From assembly GCF_026210795.1 (NCBI RefSeq), contig NC_089434.1:2666001-2730000 (forward strand): a DNA stretch of 64,000 nucleotides, in the 5' to 3' direction. Under the pieces are notes generated by a model. That model was not told the origin of the DNA. It saw only the letters and a list, made by a program, of their open reading frames with translations, and searched no databases. A program made the position numbers and the translations under genes. Position 1 is the first letter of the stretch, and every line of letters begins with the position of its first letter. This document shows positions 38,347 to 50,917 of this stretch, in pieces. The stretch is from Rhizophagus irregularis (taxonomy: Eukaryota).

Positions 38347-39522
38347 CTAATCAGAATTTTTATCGCCTGTTAGATCTTTTGTAACTTGATTCTTTTCATT
38401 AAATTCCATGTTTTTTGTTGACTCTTTATTTTCACTCAAAACCTCAAAAAGATTCTTGCCATTTTTTTCACCTCCTTCTACTTTAATAGAATTGTTTTTT
38501 GTTGACTCTTTATTTTCACTCAAAATCTCCAATAGATTCTTGTTATTTTTTTCACCACCTTCTTCTTTAGTATTAGAAGAAAACATTTCTTCATAAACAA
38601 GTTGAAAACTAGGTTTTGAAGAAGGTTCAACATCACTAGAAGTTGTAGAATCACCACTAGTTTTTAATAAAGAACGAAGTCTAGTAAGAATTTCTTCTTG
38701 AGTCTTTTCATTATCTTTAACACGATTTGTAGCAGAATCAAAGAATAAAGAATTTTTTCCAGGATAATTATCAAGTAAATTAAAATCATTTTGATAAGTA
38801 AGAATAGGAGAATGAGAAACTCTAATATTTGGACGACCTTGATCATCAAAATCCACTTTTTCAAGATAAAAATTATCCAATTTTTTACGATTAACTTGAA
38901 CCAATCTTCTTTGAGCTTTACCGTAATGTAAACTACCAACCAAACCACTTATACCAATAGCAAAAATTCCATTAGAATCTTTATTAAGTACACGACCTTG
39001 TACTTCAAAATTAATACCAGGATTATTATGAGAATAAGTTAAACCTTTAATAATTGAATTAGAAGATTTTGTAGTAAAAGTTAAACCTAAAAATTCCAAC
39101 CAATTATTTGAATCATAAGTAGAATTTATTAAAAGTTGATTCCAATCATATTTTCTTTTTTCAATTTTTTTTAATAATTTTTTAAAATCTTTTAATGATA
39201 ATTTTGAAATATTAATAAAATTTCTTTGATAAATGTCATTTGATTTTAAAGGTTCAGCAGTTTTTGAAATTAAAAAATTTTCTTTCCATTTTCTTTTAAA
39301 TCTAATTAAAGTTTCAGCACTATTATAAGGAGTTTGATGTTCAATAGTATCTATTTCATTTATTGTTACAACATTTGTACGTAAATAATTTGGTAAATTA
39401 CGTTTTACGCCATAATCACCAAGTTTTTGATATTCCCCATAAGTTTTATAAACTTGTGATAATTTAGGATCAAACTTTGATAATCTTGAATTTCTTAAAA
39501 GTTGTGAAAATGATGATGACAT
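38347..39522 (-). CDS. MRP51: Mitochondrial small-subunit ribosomal protein bS1m (Mrp51 family)
   Basis: N-terminal SFSQLLRNSRL...GDYGVKRNLP...IDTIEHQTPY recognised as the fungal Mrp51 signature. Intronless; start probably ATG 39522. Confidence 0.75.
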   Translation of the reverse strand: MSSSFSQLLRNSRLSKFDPKLSQVYKTYGEYQKLGDYGVKRNLPNYLRTNVVTINEIDTIEHQTPYNSAETLIRFKRKWKENFLISKTAEPLKSNDIYQRNFINISKLSLKDFKKLLKKIEKRKYDWNQLLINSTYDSNNWLEFLGLTFTTKSSNSIIKGLTYSHNNPGINFEVQGRVLNKDSNGIFAIGISGLVGSLHYGKAQRRLVQVNRKKLDNFYLEKVDFDDQGRPNIRVSHSPILTYQNDFNLLDNYPGKNSLFFDSATNRVKDNEKTQEEILTRLRSLLKTSGDSTTSSDVEPSSKPSFQLVYEEMFSSNTKEEGGEKNNKNLLEILSENKESTKNNSIKVEGGEKNGKNLFEVLSENKESTKNMEFNEKNQVTKDLTGDKNSD

Positions 39523-39819
39523 GATAAAAAAAAACTGAAACATGAAAAAAAAAATATATTAATATAAAAGAATAATAATAAGTAAAAAAAAAAGATAAAA
39601 AAATTAAATTTCTTTGGAAAAAAAAAATCGATCGATCATGATTCTAAATATAGTGTAACACTGGTGACACACGGCAGTAATGTACACGTGATTATGCGAA
39701 AAATCAAACGTACACTGAATAAACATCCTGGTTTGATTTTGCATTAATTAAAGTTGTATAAGCGATTAAATCCGGTTCATATTTTTTTATATCCTCAAAT
39801 ATTTAATCAAAATCATTAT

Positions 39820-40860
39820 TTTTATAGGATTTTTAAGTCGAGTCCAAGCGCACATTAAAGTTGTTAAAATTACACCATTAGGTCTAATATTTGCAGTATA
39901 AACCATTTCCTTATATAAATCGATTGCAATTTTCGGGACTTATTTATCGATCATACGATCAAAATAATGAAAACATTTCCAATATCATTATTTTTTGCAT
40001 AATATAAGTTTACTCCTTGATAACCTCTTTCATCAGGTTCAATTCCATTTTCAATTATATCTCCAAATACTGCTTCAGTTTGAGCTTTTAATTTACCAAA
40101 TAAATTTAATAAAATATGTTTTTTTATTTGGTCTAACCCTATAAAAAATTTTATCCGTTATTTCTGTAAAAACTCCGTAAAAATGAGCCTTCACGGATCT
40201 ATTCACGGAAAATGTAAATAAATCGATAAATTCCGTTACTAATTCCGGAAATATGAGCCTTTTACGGAAAAAAAATGGAATATAAAAGACAGATCGACTT
40301 TTTTTACGGGGTAACTCCATTTCTTTGCATCATTTCTAATATATAATGATTTTTCCAATTTATTTTCTTTAACACATTTAATATATCCATCCATCATACT
40401 ATTATATATCTCAACATCATAATATTCTTTTCCCAATTTTCCAAATAATTCTTCAGCCGTGATAATCTCTTTCTTCTTAATTAAAGATTTCATTAAATCG
40501 ACGATCGTAGGAATTGGTAAATTTCCTTTTGTATTTAAAAAATTAAAATTTTTAATTATCTCTTCTATATTTAATTTAACTATATATTCTAATATCATTA
40601 AATTATTATTAAACCATTTGATTCATCGATCTTATGGTACTATATTCATAAAATTCTTCTTTATCGAAACCATTGCTCGTGTCTTTTATTTGTCACTACT
40701 AACTTTTTATTTCATCTCTATTAAATTTTCATAAATAACACCATTATTGTATGTTCTTTTACCAACTATAATTTCATTTCTATATGGTGAATCACATATT
40801 ATTAATGAACGTCTAAGAATTTTCCAACATTTTTCATTACAGATTGAAACAACACTTTGG
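39820..40860 (-). pseudogene. Pentatricopeptide repeat (PPR) protein pseudogene
   Basis: PPR motifs DVEIYNSMMDGY, EMMQRNGVRPNKKTY (after removing the MITE), FGDIIENGIEPD and LYKEMVYTANIRPNGVILTTLM, with frameshifts and stops. Confidence 0.8.
40137..40311. mobile_element. ~175-bp MITE with CCC termini and 3-bp TSD (CMC/EnSpm-like), copy 1
   Basis: CCCTATAAAAAA...TTTTTTACGGGG; TSD TAA. Near-identical to copies at 55923 and 58538. Confidence 0.9.
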
Positions 40861-41149
40861 TAGAAATCGTTAAGGACGGACTTGAACTTAAACTTGGACT
40901 TCGGAACGACTTGGACAGCTTGGATTTCGAGCTTTTATTGGTCCATAAAACATATTTTTTTTAATTTTGTAGATAAATTTGATAATCGAAAAATCAAAAA
41001 AAAAAAATTTTCTTAAATCTGATTATGCTTACTCCAGTAACTTGTCTTACCAATATGCAAATACAATATGAATCACTGTCCAATACGTGCACGTGCAAAT
41101 TTTACATATTTGAATTTATCCCTCAGTTTTGAATTTTGATTGGAACATT

Positions 41150-43850
41150 TTCAATTTTATAAAATAGGCAAATTTATAAATTCATAAAAAAAGATTAATT
41201 CGAATTTTAACAAATAACCTATACCATTTTTTATTAATTTTAATTATATAAATATTTAATAAACCAATAAAACATCATATTATTAGGAAAAATTTTATTA
41301 TAAGTTAATTTTTATTAGCTTCTGGATATATATACTATATTTATTATATATTTGTGAATACCTTTGATTTTTGTGCTGTTAGAAATCCATTTCTGGTGGT
41401 GGGAATTTTTTTTTTATTATTTAATAATATTTTTTTTTTTAAATATTAATAAAAAAGTTTACATTTTTTATTACAATACTTTTTCATGTTTAATATAAAT
41501 TTATTTAAATAATAATATTTGATATAGTTTTTTGAAATCCAGTTTGATGATTTCTTCTCTAATTAAATAGTTTGTGACAGTAACCATTCAATAGGCATTA
41601 TGATTGATAAATAAATTTTTAATTAAAAATAAATTGTTTTTTAAAAAAAAGTTTTAAATTAAGAATAATTTTTTTTAAAAAAAATTAAAAAAAATTATAT
41701 AAGTAATTTATAACTAATTATTATTCAATTATTTAATTTATTTGATTATAAATATATTAAAATTAAAAAAAAAATATTTTTTGCAAAATAGCCTGTAATA
41801 TTTTTTTCAATCTTGCAACCACCTGTTCACCTTTTATACTGGTATTCATTTCTCCATTCACAGAAATCCTTAATACTATTAATTTTTTTTTATTTTTTTT
41901 TATAGTTTTATTATGTTTTATTATTATTTTACTATTAAAATTTCTAATTAAGTTTTGCCACTTTTTTTCAACTTGTTATATCTTTCATTTAATATTATTT
42001 ATTATAATTTATGAAATTTTCATATTTTTTACTTATTATTAATTATAATTAAAATAGTAGTAATATTAATTATATATATTAAAAATTTTTTAATTATATT
42101 ATATAATGTTAAAATTTAATAAAATATTATATTTTTATTATAATTATAAAATAATTTTTGTTTAATATAAAATCAGATAAAAATATTGCAAATTTCAAAA
42201 TTTTATTATTATTTTTATTATAATATATATTATTTATATAATTTATAAGATTTTTTTAAAAAAATTCAATGAATAAAAAATATAATAAAAATATTTAATT
42301 GTATTAAAATAAATTGTTACCAATTACTATATTATATTATTAAAATTAAATACTATTTTTTTTTTATAATATTTATTAATTAAAATTTTATGATTTTAAC
42401 TAATTATATAATTATGTAAGACTTTTTGTGTTTTATTGTTTTATAAAATATTATTATGATTATTTTGTTTTTATTACTTTCATATACAAGAAAGTATTTA
42501 TATATATTAATTACATATATTTTCCCGTATATTAATATGCGAAATAATAAAATAAATAATGTTTATCAGTATTATTTTTTTTAATTTGCTAAAAAATATA
42601 AAATAAAAAATATATATTTTTTAATAATAATTTTTTTAGTTTTAAAATAAATTATTTAAAATTGATTTTTTTTAATTTTAATTATAATTTCTTTTTTTTA
42701 AAAATATATAATTAATTAATAAATTTTTTTTAATTTAAAAAAACTTATTTATTATTTATATAATATGATCGATATTAATTTAATAGTTTATTAAATTAAA
42801 TATATTTTTATCAAATTTGTTTTTTGAATATATAATCAGTTTTATTTACTATATAATTATTAAAAAATATTTTATAGTAATAAGTAATTCCATTCACAAT
42901 TCTTGTCCAAATGGCATAATTCTAATAATTATACAATATTAAAAAATTATTTATTATTTTTATATTTTATTTTTATTATCTCTTTTTAATATGGAGCTAT
43001 TTTATAATTTATATTAGATTAAATATTAGATAATATTATTATTAAAATAAAAAATTTTAATACTATATTTTGAAAAACTATCTTATATAATTTTTGTAAA
43101 TTTGTTTTAATAAAACTATAAATTGCATTTGTTAGATTAATTAATAATACAATTATTTTAATAATAATGAATTAAAATATTGTTTATTCTTTTTTAGCTT
43201 ATATATTGTATAGATTGCAATAAATCTCAAGTTTTTTATAATAATTTAAAATATCAAAACAATGAGTAAAATGAGTGTATTATTAAGAAGAAATAATAAA
43301 TTTAAATTATAAATTATTAAAATAATTATAAATCATCCAGTTAGAAATTCTTTTATTTTCAATTTACTTTTTATAGAAAATAGTGAAAAATTGTTAATAA
43401 GAATAATTTTATATTAAAATTATGTTTAAAAATATTATTTTACTATTAATAAATGATTTAAAAAAATTAAAATTAATTGTTAATATTTTAAATAAATAAA
43501 TTTTTATTTAGATTATTTAATTGTATAAGAAAATAAAAAAAAGTATACATTTTAGCAATTTTTCAATTGTGAAAAAGAACTTCTTTTATACATGTTTGAG
43601 TTATAAAAATCATATTTTACTTTCCATATTTAAATTATAAAATAGTAATCTTTTATTGTATTATTTAAGTAAATTCTATACATATAATATAATATATGTA
43701 AATTTATAGCTTATTATGTTACTGAACAAAATATTACCTTTTTAGTAAATGAATTTTTTATTCTATTTATATACTATTTTTATGAATTTGACTACTAAAA
43801 AGGGTAGTATAAATTTTACTCTAATTATAGTTTATTTATTAATTTATTAC
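41150..43850. mobile_element. Second extremely AT-rich, CpG-depleted relic block
   Basis: No ORFs in the track and sparse GC islands. Contains copy 2 of the 540-bp repeat. Confidence 0.55.
42691..43222 (+). repeat. ~540-bp AT-rich direct repeat, copy 2
   Basis: Colinear with 37561-38108. Confidence 0.9.
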
Positions 43851-44057
43851 CTACAACTGTAAGTTAAGCGAGAGAATCATCGATTATGATTTATATAAGT
43901 AAAACAATAATCCCGAGCCAACTCTCTGCTAAAAAAAAAAAGAAACGGCCGACAGTTGTTAAACAATTTTGTAAAATTTAATAATTTTAAGCTATATTTG
44001 TTATTTGAAATGCATTTTTTAAAAAAAGAAGAAAATAAAATAAAATAAAATCTATTA

Positions 44058-44733
44058 TTAAAAAGCAGTAGAAGTATCTTCAGTAATTTTTATAGGAGGA
44101 ATAAAAAGATGATTATTATCACCACTTCCACCGCTAGCATCGGAACTAGTTTCACCATTATCATCACCATTATAATCTAGATTTTCAATATTATTATCAT
44201 AATAAACATTATCATAATTATAATTATCATAATCATAAAAACGTGATTGAGGGTAAATATAATTATCAGATTGCCAATATTTTGCTTGTTCTTGCTGTAT
44301 TTCAACCAATCTTTCCATATATTTTACGTAAAGGTTATCGATCATTTCTTGATAAACTTTACGGCGTTTCTGCCAAAAGGTTAAAGGTTTTTCTTCCTTT
44401 TCTTCTTGAATAGAAATTTTATTTGAATCAGGACTCTTTAAGAAGGTAGCTAAGTTTGATACATCACAGCCGAATCCTATTGTCAATTGTGCGGTTTGTA
44501 CTATACCAATAATTACTAATAATGAATTCCATACGAAAAACCTAATGATATAAAAAAGTTTTAATATAAACCATAATTTACTTATTGAAATATTTAAATA
44601 TAAATAAATTATATTCTTACATCATTATTAGGTGTGTTAAAAACACTATCCATCGATTTATAGTAATAATGAAATGGATAAAAATATTATATGATAATTT
44701 AAATAATTTTACTATTGTATCAATAATCCACAT
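44058..44733 (-). CDS. Hypothetical membrane protein (2 exons; MWIIDTIVKLF..., acidic Y/D/N-rich tail)
   Basis: Exon 44733-44621 and intron GTAAG...TAG 44620-44542 join in frame (phase 2) to ORF 44058-44486. Confidence 0.72.
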
Positions 44734-46078
44734 TTTTTATTAATTTTTAAATTTTTTTTGTTTATTAAAAGAAATCTTATATATAAATATATATATATAT
44801 TTTTTTTTAAAAAAAAGAGAAATCTTTTTTAAAAAAAAAAAATTTTTTTTTGATAGTTAAACCCGTTTATATTTAAATGATTTTTTTTTTAATTTGTATA
44901 TTTTTATTTCATAAGAATGACGCGACAAATAAAATTGACATATGTGAATAACGTATGACTTTCAGAAGGTAATTTAAGGAGTTACAGAGTGAAATAATTT
45001 TCATATTATCTTTATTCTTTGTCTAACCATTACATGTGATAATTACTTTATCAGTCTTACAATATAAAAAATTTACATTATTTATTGTTTAAAAAAAAAA
45101 TAATTCGGAATTTGAAAGTACATTTTTATTGTTTTGTTTATTTAATTTTGTTTAAGCTCAAAATCATATAAGTTTTAATTTGATCCGTAAAAACTCCATT
45201 CAGAAAAATTTCTTATTAAGTATTTTAGTGAATGAAAATGATAAGCCCTTACCAATAAAAATTTGCATAGGTTGCATTTTTCTTTTTTGATTTCTTTTAT
45301 TGCAAATCTTGTGCAACTTTCCTCTTAAAAGCAAGTATACTGCAAACCTGCAAAGCTTTAGATATAGATCATGTGAAACGTTTAACATTTGAACGTATGC
45401 AAAAATCAACATCTTTTTATCTCTTTTTCTTTCCTTTTCTTCCTTTCTTTGAAGAAAAAAAATATGTTAGAAAATGTTTCGATCTGTAGTTGTTACTTTC
45501 ATATTGTAGTATTTGTAGCCAATGTAACCTTTATTGAAATCATTATTGCATCATATATATATGTACTTTATTCATGTCAATTTCAGTAAGATTAACCTTA
45601 TCTTTTGGTTAAAGAAATACTGTGATTCTTTTAATTCAACAAAGAAATTTTGATGTACAGTAAAATTCGTTACAACCATGAATTTCCTTATTGAATTTAT
45701 TGGAACATAAGATGTTTCATTAATGGGATATGTTTTTTTTTATTGATAAGTTTCCCATTATTTGCATTAATGATACAAATTAGTCATGGGGAAAAAATGG
45801 GTAAAAGATTAAAAATCCTATTGGTCGGATATAAAATCTATAATAAATCACGAGAGAAAATTTAATCATAGATAACCATAATTAAAAATAGTTTTAACAT
45901 TAAAAGCATAATACTAACTTTTTGTGCTTGGGAAAATTTTATCATAAAAATTTTAAAGTAATGTGACTTTTAACCAATTATATTGAACAAAACAAACATA
46001 ATTATCCTTTTTTTTAACGGCGAAACTTTTTCTCCACACAACTCTTTTTTTCTTCTCTAATTTTAACAATAATTAGTC

Positions 46079-46686
46079 ATGGCTACCGCTTTCTTTAGAA
46101 CAAACCCAGCTGTAAGTATTATTATAAATTATTTGTATATCTTTTAATTTCTTTTGATTTATTTAAATTCTTTATTTTCTTTTATTTATTTTATAATTAT
46201 TATTTATAATTATTATTCATTTTTTTTTTAAGCTTCTTCCTCTTTTTGTTGCTGCCGGCGCTGGTATTTTCGGTGGTGTTGGGTAAAGATTAGTGATTAA
46301 TTTATCGTGTAATTGATTTTATCGTTTGGTTGTAAGATATTTTAGTTTAACCTTTTATTTTTTTCTTTATTAGATATGCTGGATACACTTTAGCTAAAAG
46401 TCCTGAAGTTGTAGTTAATAGAATTTCTCCACAACAACCTTGGAATAAGATTAAACAACATGAAAATCCAAAGGTAATTTAATTTATTATTTTGGTATTT
46501 TAAAAAATTATTTACTTTAAATTAATCTAAATTCTTTTTATTATAAACGCGAAATTTTTTTCATTAATCGAAATAAATGAAATAATTGATCGAAATTTTT
46601 AGTTGATCACTATTAACAAAGAATTCTTTGAAAGTCGTAAAGGAGTGAAAACTGCTAATTACAATTCATCAACAAACGATTCATGA
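46079..46686 (+). CDS. NDUFA4: NDUFA4/MLRQ (B12D family) small mitochondrial membrane subunit; 4 exons
   Basis: Spliced product MATAFFRTNPALLPLFVAAGAGIFGGVGYAGYTLAKSPEVVVNRISPQQPWNKIKQHENPKLITINKEFFESRK...; the PLF, SPEV and PW motifs are typical of the family. Missed by the ORF track. Confidence 0.82.
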
Positions 46687-47062
46687 GATAATTTACCATG
46701 ATGAAATGATGTTGTAGATTTAGTAAATATTTTATTTTTTTTTTGTTATTATGATCTGTAGTTGTAATTTGTTATTATGTAGTAGTTGCTAAAAGTCTTA
46801 AGTGTTAAGTGTTAGTTATAAGTGTTAATTTTTCTAAGTTTTTGTAGTTTATTGTAAATATTATGATTAGTCTACTTAAATAAATGAATTCAAGATCATA
46901 ATTATTATAATATTACATGTAATTAAATTATTGATAATATATTTATAATACTGTATATATTATATAACCCTCCCATTATATTTTTATTTATTTTGCCTTA
47001 CTCACAGAATTTACTATATATAACCCTCCCTCTATACGTATATATATATTTTTTTATTTTAT

Positions 47063-48675
47063 TTATTTTGATTCTCTTGCCTTACTCACAGAAAAAATTG
47101 TAACAAATCCAACCACTATAAATGCACTCCACCCTTTCCAAATATTTAAACATTGTCCATGGTCAATTTTACAAAACATCATATGACTTAACCCAAATAC
47201 AATTATGGCTCTCAATGCATTTAATATGCTCGTAGAAACATTACCAATTTCTTTCATTAACCAATAATATGCAAAATTATGAATAAATGATGAAAAAGAT
47301 AATAAAAAATACATTAAAATTATCACAAAATTACTTGAATGTGGTATTTTTTTTACCATCTCTTGTGTTATTAATATATTCCAATTTGGAATAGTATAAA
47401 ATATTATATATATAAATGATATTAAACTACCATATGTTCCTACTAAAAAACATACTTTTTTTGGTGATGGTGGTAGTGTATTTGGTGCTCGTGCTGTTAA
47501 AATTTGATCTGATACAACATAAACACATGCGTATCCAAATGTTGCGAATGATGTTAAAAGCATTCCAAACATAGTGTTAGACATGTGATATGAATGTGGC
47601 ATCGTCGTTCCCGTTGAACTTGATGGTGGTGGTGGCGTAGTCAATTCCTTATTTTGATTTATTCCTAATGCGCTAAGTGCAAGTCCAACTGATACACCAA
47701 TAATAGAAATCGATTGTACGAAGGAAATTTTTCGTCCAAGAAAAAAGAATGAAAGAATAGCACACCAAATAACAACCGAACTATATATTACTTGGTACAT
47801 CTATTTTATGAAATATAATAATTAATTTTCGATGATCTGATAAAATCATAATAAAAATAAAAGAAAAATTTTTTTTTCCTTCTTACCCCACTTCCAACAT
47901 AAAAGAATCCAATTGTTAAAGCGAAATTGGCAATAACATCTAAACAAGCAGCAGCGAAAATGATTTTATGATCTACAACCTCTTTTGGTTGGTTCGTATT
48001 AATAATATTTTGAGCATCTATTGAAGTTTCTTCTTCAGTTCCTGGTAATAATTGATAATCTTTTGTCATCGATGCCTAAATTTCAAATAATAATAAGGAA
48101 TTTGAATAGTAGATCATAAATCTATTCGTCACATTTCTTTTATCCCCGAAAAAAAAAGAAAAGAAAAAAAAGAAAGAAAAATAGGTTTATAAAAAAGAAA
48201 ATCACTTAAAAAATTATATTTATGATATTGATATTATAAGGATCACTAAAATTTCTGACATCTACCATATTAATATCATCATTATTTTTACGAGATCCAT
48301 ACCATCCAGGCAAAAGTAAAAACCCAACAGCTGCCATACCCAAATAAGTTGCCGTATTGGTAAGTAGACTAAAAAAAATCAAATAAATCTAAGGAAAAAA
48401 ATTCTTTTGTTTTTCTAAAAATCTAAAAAGAAATTCACAAAAAAAAATTCTCAAACCTCAAACCAGCTAATAATTAAAAAAAAAAAAATTTTTTACTTTT
48501 AGTATATTGAATTATTTTAATCGAACTAAATAAAATCAATTTATTTTTTTTACTTACTTGCAGCACCTTGATAATATAAAAATTGTTGTCCAAGAGTTGA
48601 AAAAAAACCGGAAATTAAAAATAAAGCTTCATATAAAATAATAGAAATTAGGGTTGGTTTCACTTGTTTCGTCAT
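47063..48675 (-). CDS. DMT superfamily / SLC35-type multi-pass transporter (nucleotide-sugar transporter-like)
   Basis: Exons MTKQVKPTLIS..QQFLYYQGAA, LLTNTATYLGM, CLDVIANFALTIGFFYVGSG and MYQVIYSSVVIWCAILS..FLGRKI, giving about 10 TM helices. Confidence 0.85.
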
Positions 48676-49278
48676 TATGTATTCTTATATTTTTTTTAAA
48701 AAAAATAAACAAAATATTTATTCTTCTTAAAAATAAAGAAAATTCTAGATAGAAAAGAAAAGAAAGTTTGATCGTTCAACGAAGTATGTATAGATACTGT
48801 TTATATTAATATATATATTTATATGTATAAGGTATAAAAGATTGAAAGAAAAAAAAATTTATATTAATTTATAAATTAAAAAGTATTCTATCACGTGAGC
48901 ATTACAATTCGTCATGTATATCATGTATTCATGCATAAAAATTAAATATGTTAAGTTCCTGCGGATTTGGCTCATTTTGAAACAATAACATCCTATAAGT
49001 AGATCAGAAATTACGTGAATGACTTATACAAAACTAGGTATTCCTAGGATTTTTCAGTCTTTACTTTATTGTTCCAATTGGTAGGAGATTCAACGACGAA
49101 AAAGTCATGTACGTATCGTAATTTTAAAATTGAAAAGTTTTATTTTACAGTTCTTTTAGTTCTTTTATATCTTTTGATATTTAATCCCATTTTATTTACG
49201 TTGTTTTCTTTTTTTTTTGTAGTTTCTTGTCCGTTATATAACTATTATTTATATTTCATTTATTTAAAAAAAAGAAAG

Positions 49279-50455
49279 ATGCAATTATTCTTTCCTCGTC
49301 AGAAACCAAAAGCTAACGCTAAAGATGCTATCGTTCGTCTCAGAGATACTTTGCAAATGTTAGAAAAGCGTGAAAGTCATTTGCAAACTAAGATTGATAC
49401 TGAGCTAAAAAATGCTAGGTCGAATGCGGCTACTAATAAAAGAGGTATGTTAATGTTTAACCAAAAAAAAACCAAATAGTAACTTCTTATATGGAATTCT
49501 CACGTAATACGTGAAACCCGTCGCGTTATTTAGATTAATTCTTTTTTTTTTATCTATAAAAAAAAATTTTCTTTTTCGTTTGTTTTTTTTTTCTTCTTGT
49601 ATTTAAACATTTTAGATTTCTTAGATGTTATAATAATGTAAATGTTTTGTTTCTCCTTTTTTGTATCATAAACATTAACTAAAAAAAGGTAATTTTTTAT
49701 TTATTACTTTCTAGCTGCTTTGATGGCGCTTAAACGAAAGAAGCAATATGAAAATCAGATCGAAAAGATATCCGGTGCACGTATTACAATCGAAGCGCAG
49801 GTGATGGCGATTGAAAATGCGAATGTTAATCTGGAAACTCTTAAAGCTATGGAAAAAGGTGCTGAAGCTATGAAAGCAATACACGGATCTATGTATGTTA
49901 TTACATTTCCTTGAACAAATATATCATATATAAATTATTTATTTAAAAAATAACCTATTTTTTTTTTTATATTTAGGGATATAAATAAAGTGGATGATAC
50001 AATGGATAATATACGCGAACAAATTGATATGGCTGATGAAATTTCAAATGCAATTTCTGCACCAATGATTGGTTTCGATATAGACGATGTATATTTCATT
50101 TTATTATAATTGCTATTTATCACTGTTATCAAATCAAAAAATTATTATTTACTAATATAAAAACAATTTTTTTTTATTTTATTTAGGATGAATTGAACGC
50201 AGAATTAGAAGAATTAGAGCAAGAAGTTCTTGATAGTCAATTGCTCGGAGCAGATGCACCTCCAGTTACTGCTCCTAACGTACCAACAAGCGAACCTGGT
50301 ATGAAATTTGATGAATATTTTTTTTTTCTCGTTACTGGTTTAGCATTAACAAATTATTTTTAAACTTTATAATAGCGTACAAAAAGAGAGTTACTGTTAC
50401 TGAACAGGATGAAGATGATGAACTAGCGGAACTACGTGCGACCATGGCCTTGTAA
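49279..50455 (+). CDS. SNF7: ESCRT-III subunit Snf7/Vps32 (CHMP4); 5 exons
   Basis: AKDAIVRLRDTLQMLEKRE, ALKRKKQYE, AIENANVNLETL, ADEISNAIS, DELNAELEELEQE and C-terminal ELAELRATMAL. Confidence 0.96.
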
Positions 50456-50917
50456 TTTTAGCATCCTTCTTTTTTTTTATTAGTAGTAAATAAGAACTTT
50501 GTTATGAACTGAATGTTATATAGATATTATTTCCGTTTAAAAGGATATTTTATAATATAAAAAAAAATTTATTCTGAAAAAACGGATAAACGGATGGGAC
50601 TTATTATTTACAATTTTAAATTATTCTTCAATTTGTTATTATTTTTATCTCATTTTAAAGAATTTTTTTTTTAAAAAAAAAACAAGCATAAATTTTTTGA
50701 AAAATGATTTTAATTAACCTTATTTTTTCTTTGTATTATTTTTTTTATATTGCAATGATTGTTTGTTCACTATATTTAGAAGGATCGCAAAAGCAATGTT
50801 TCATCATTTGAAACAATTGAAACTGTTTAGATACAATTTTAGATCAGATTATCCAGAATTCTTTAAATTACAATACTCTTTGTTTTTTTTTTATTAATAT
50901 TATTATTATTGTATAAA

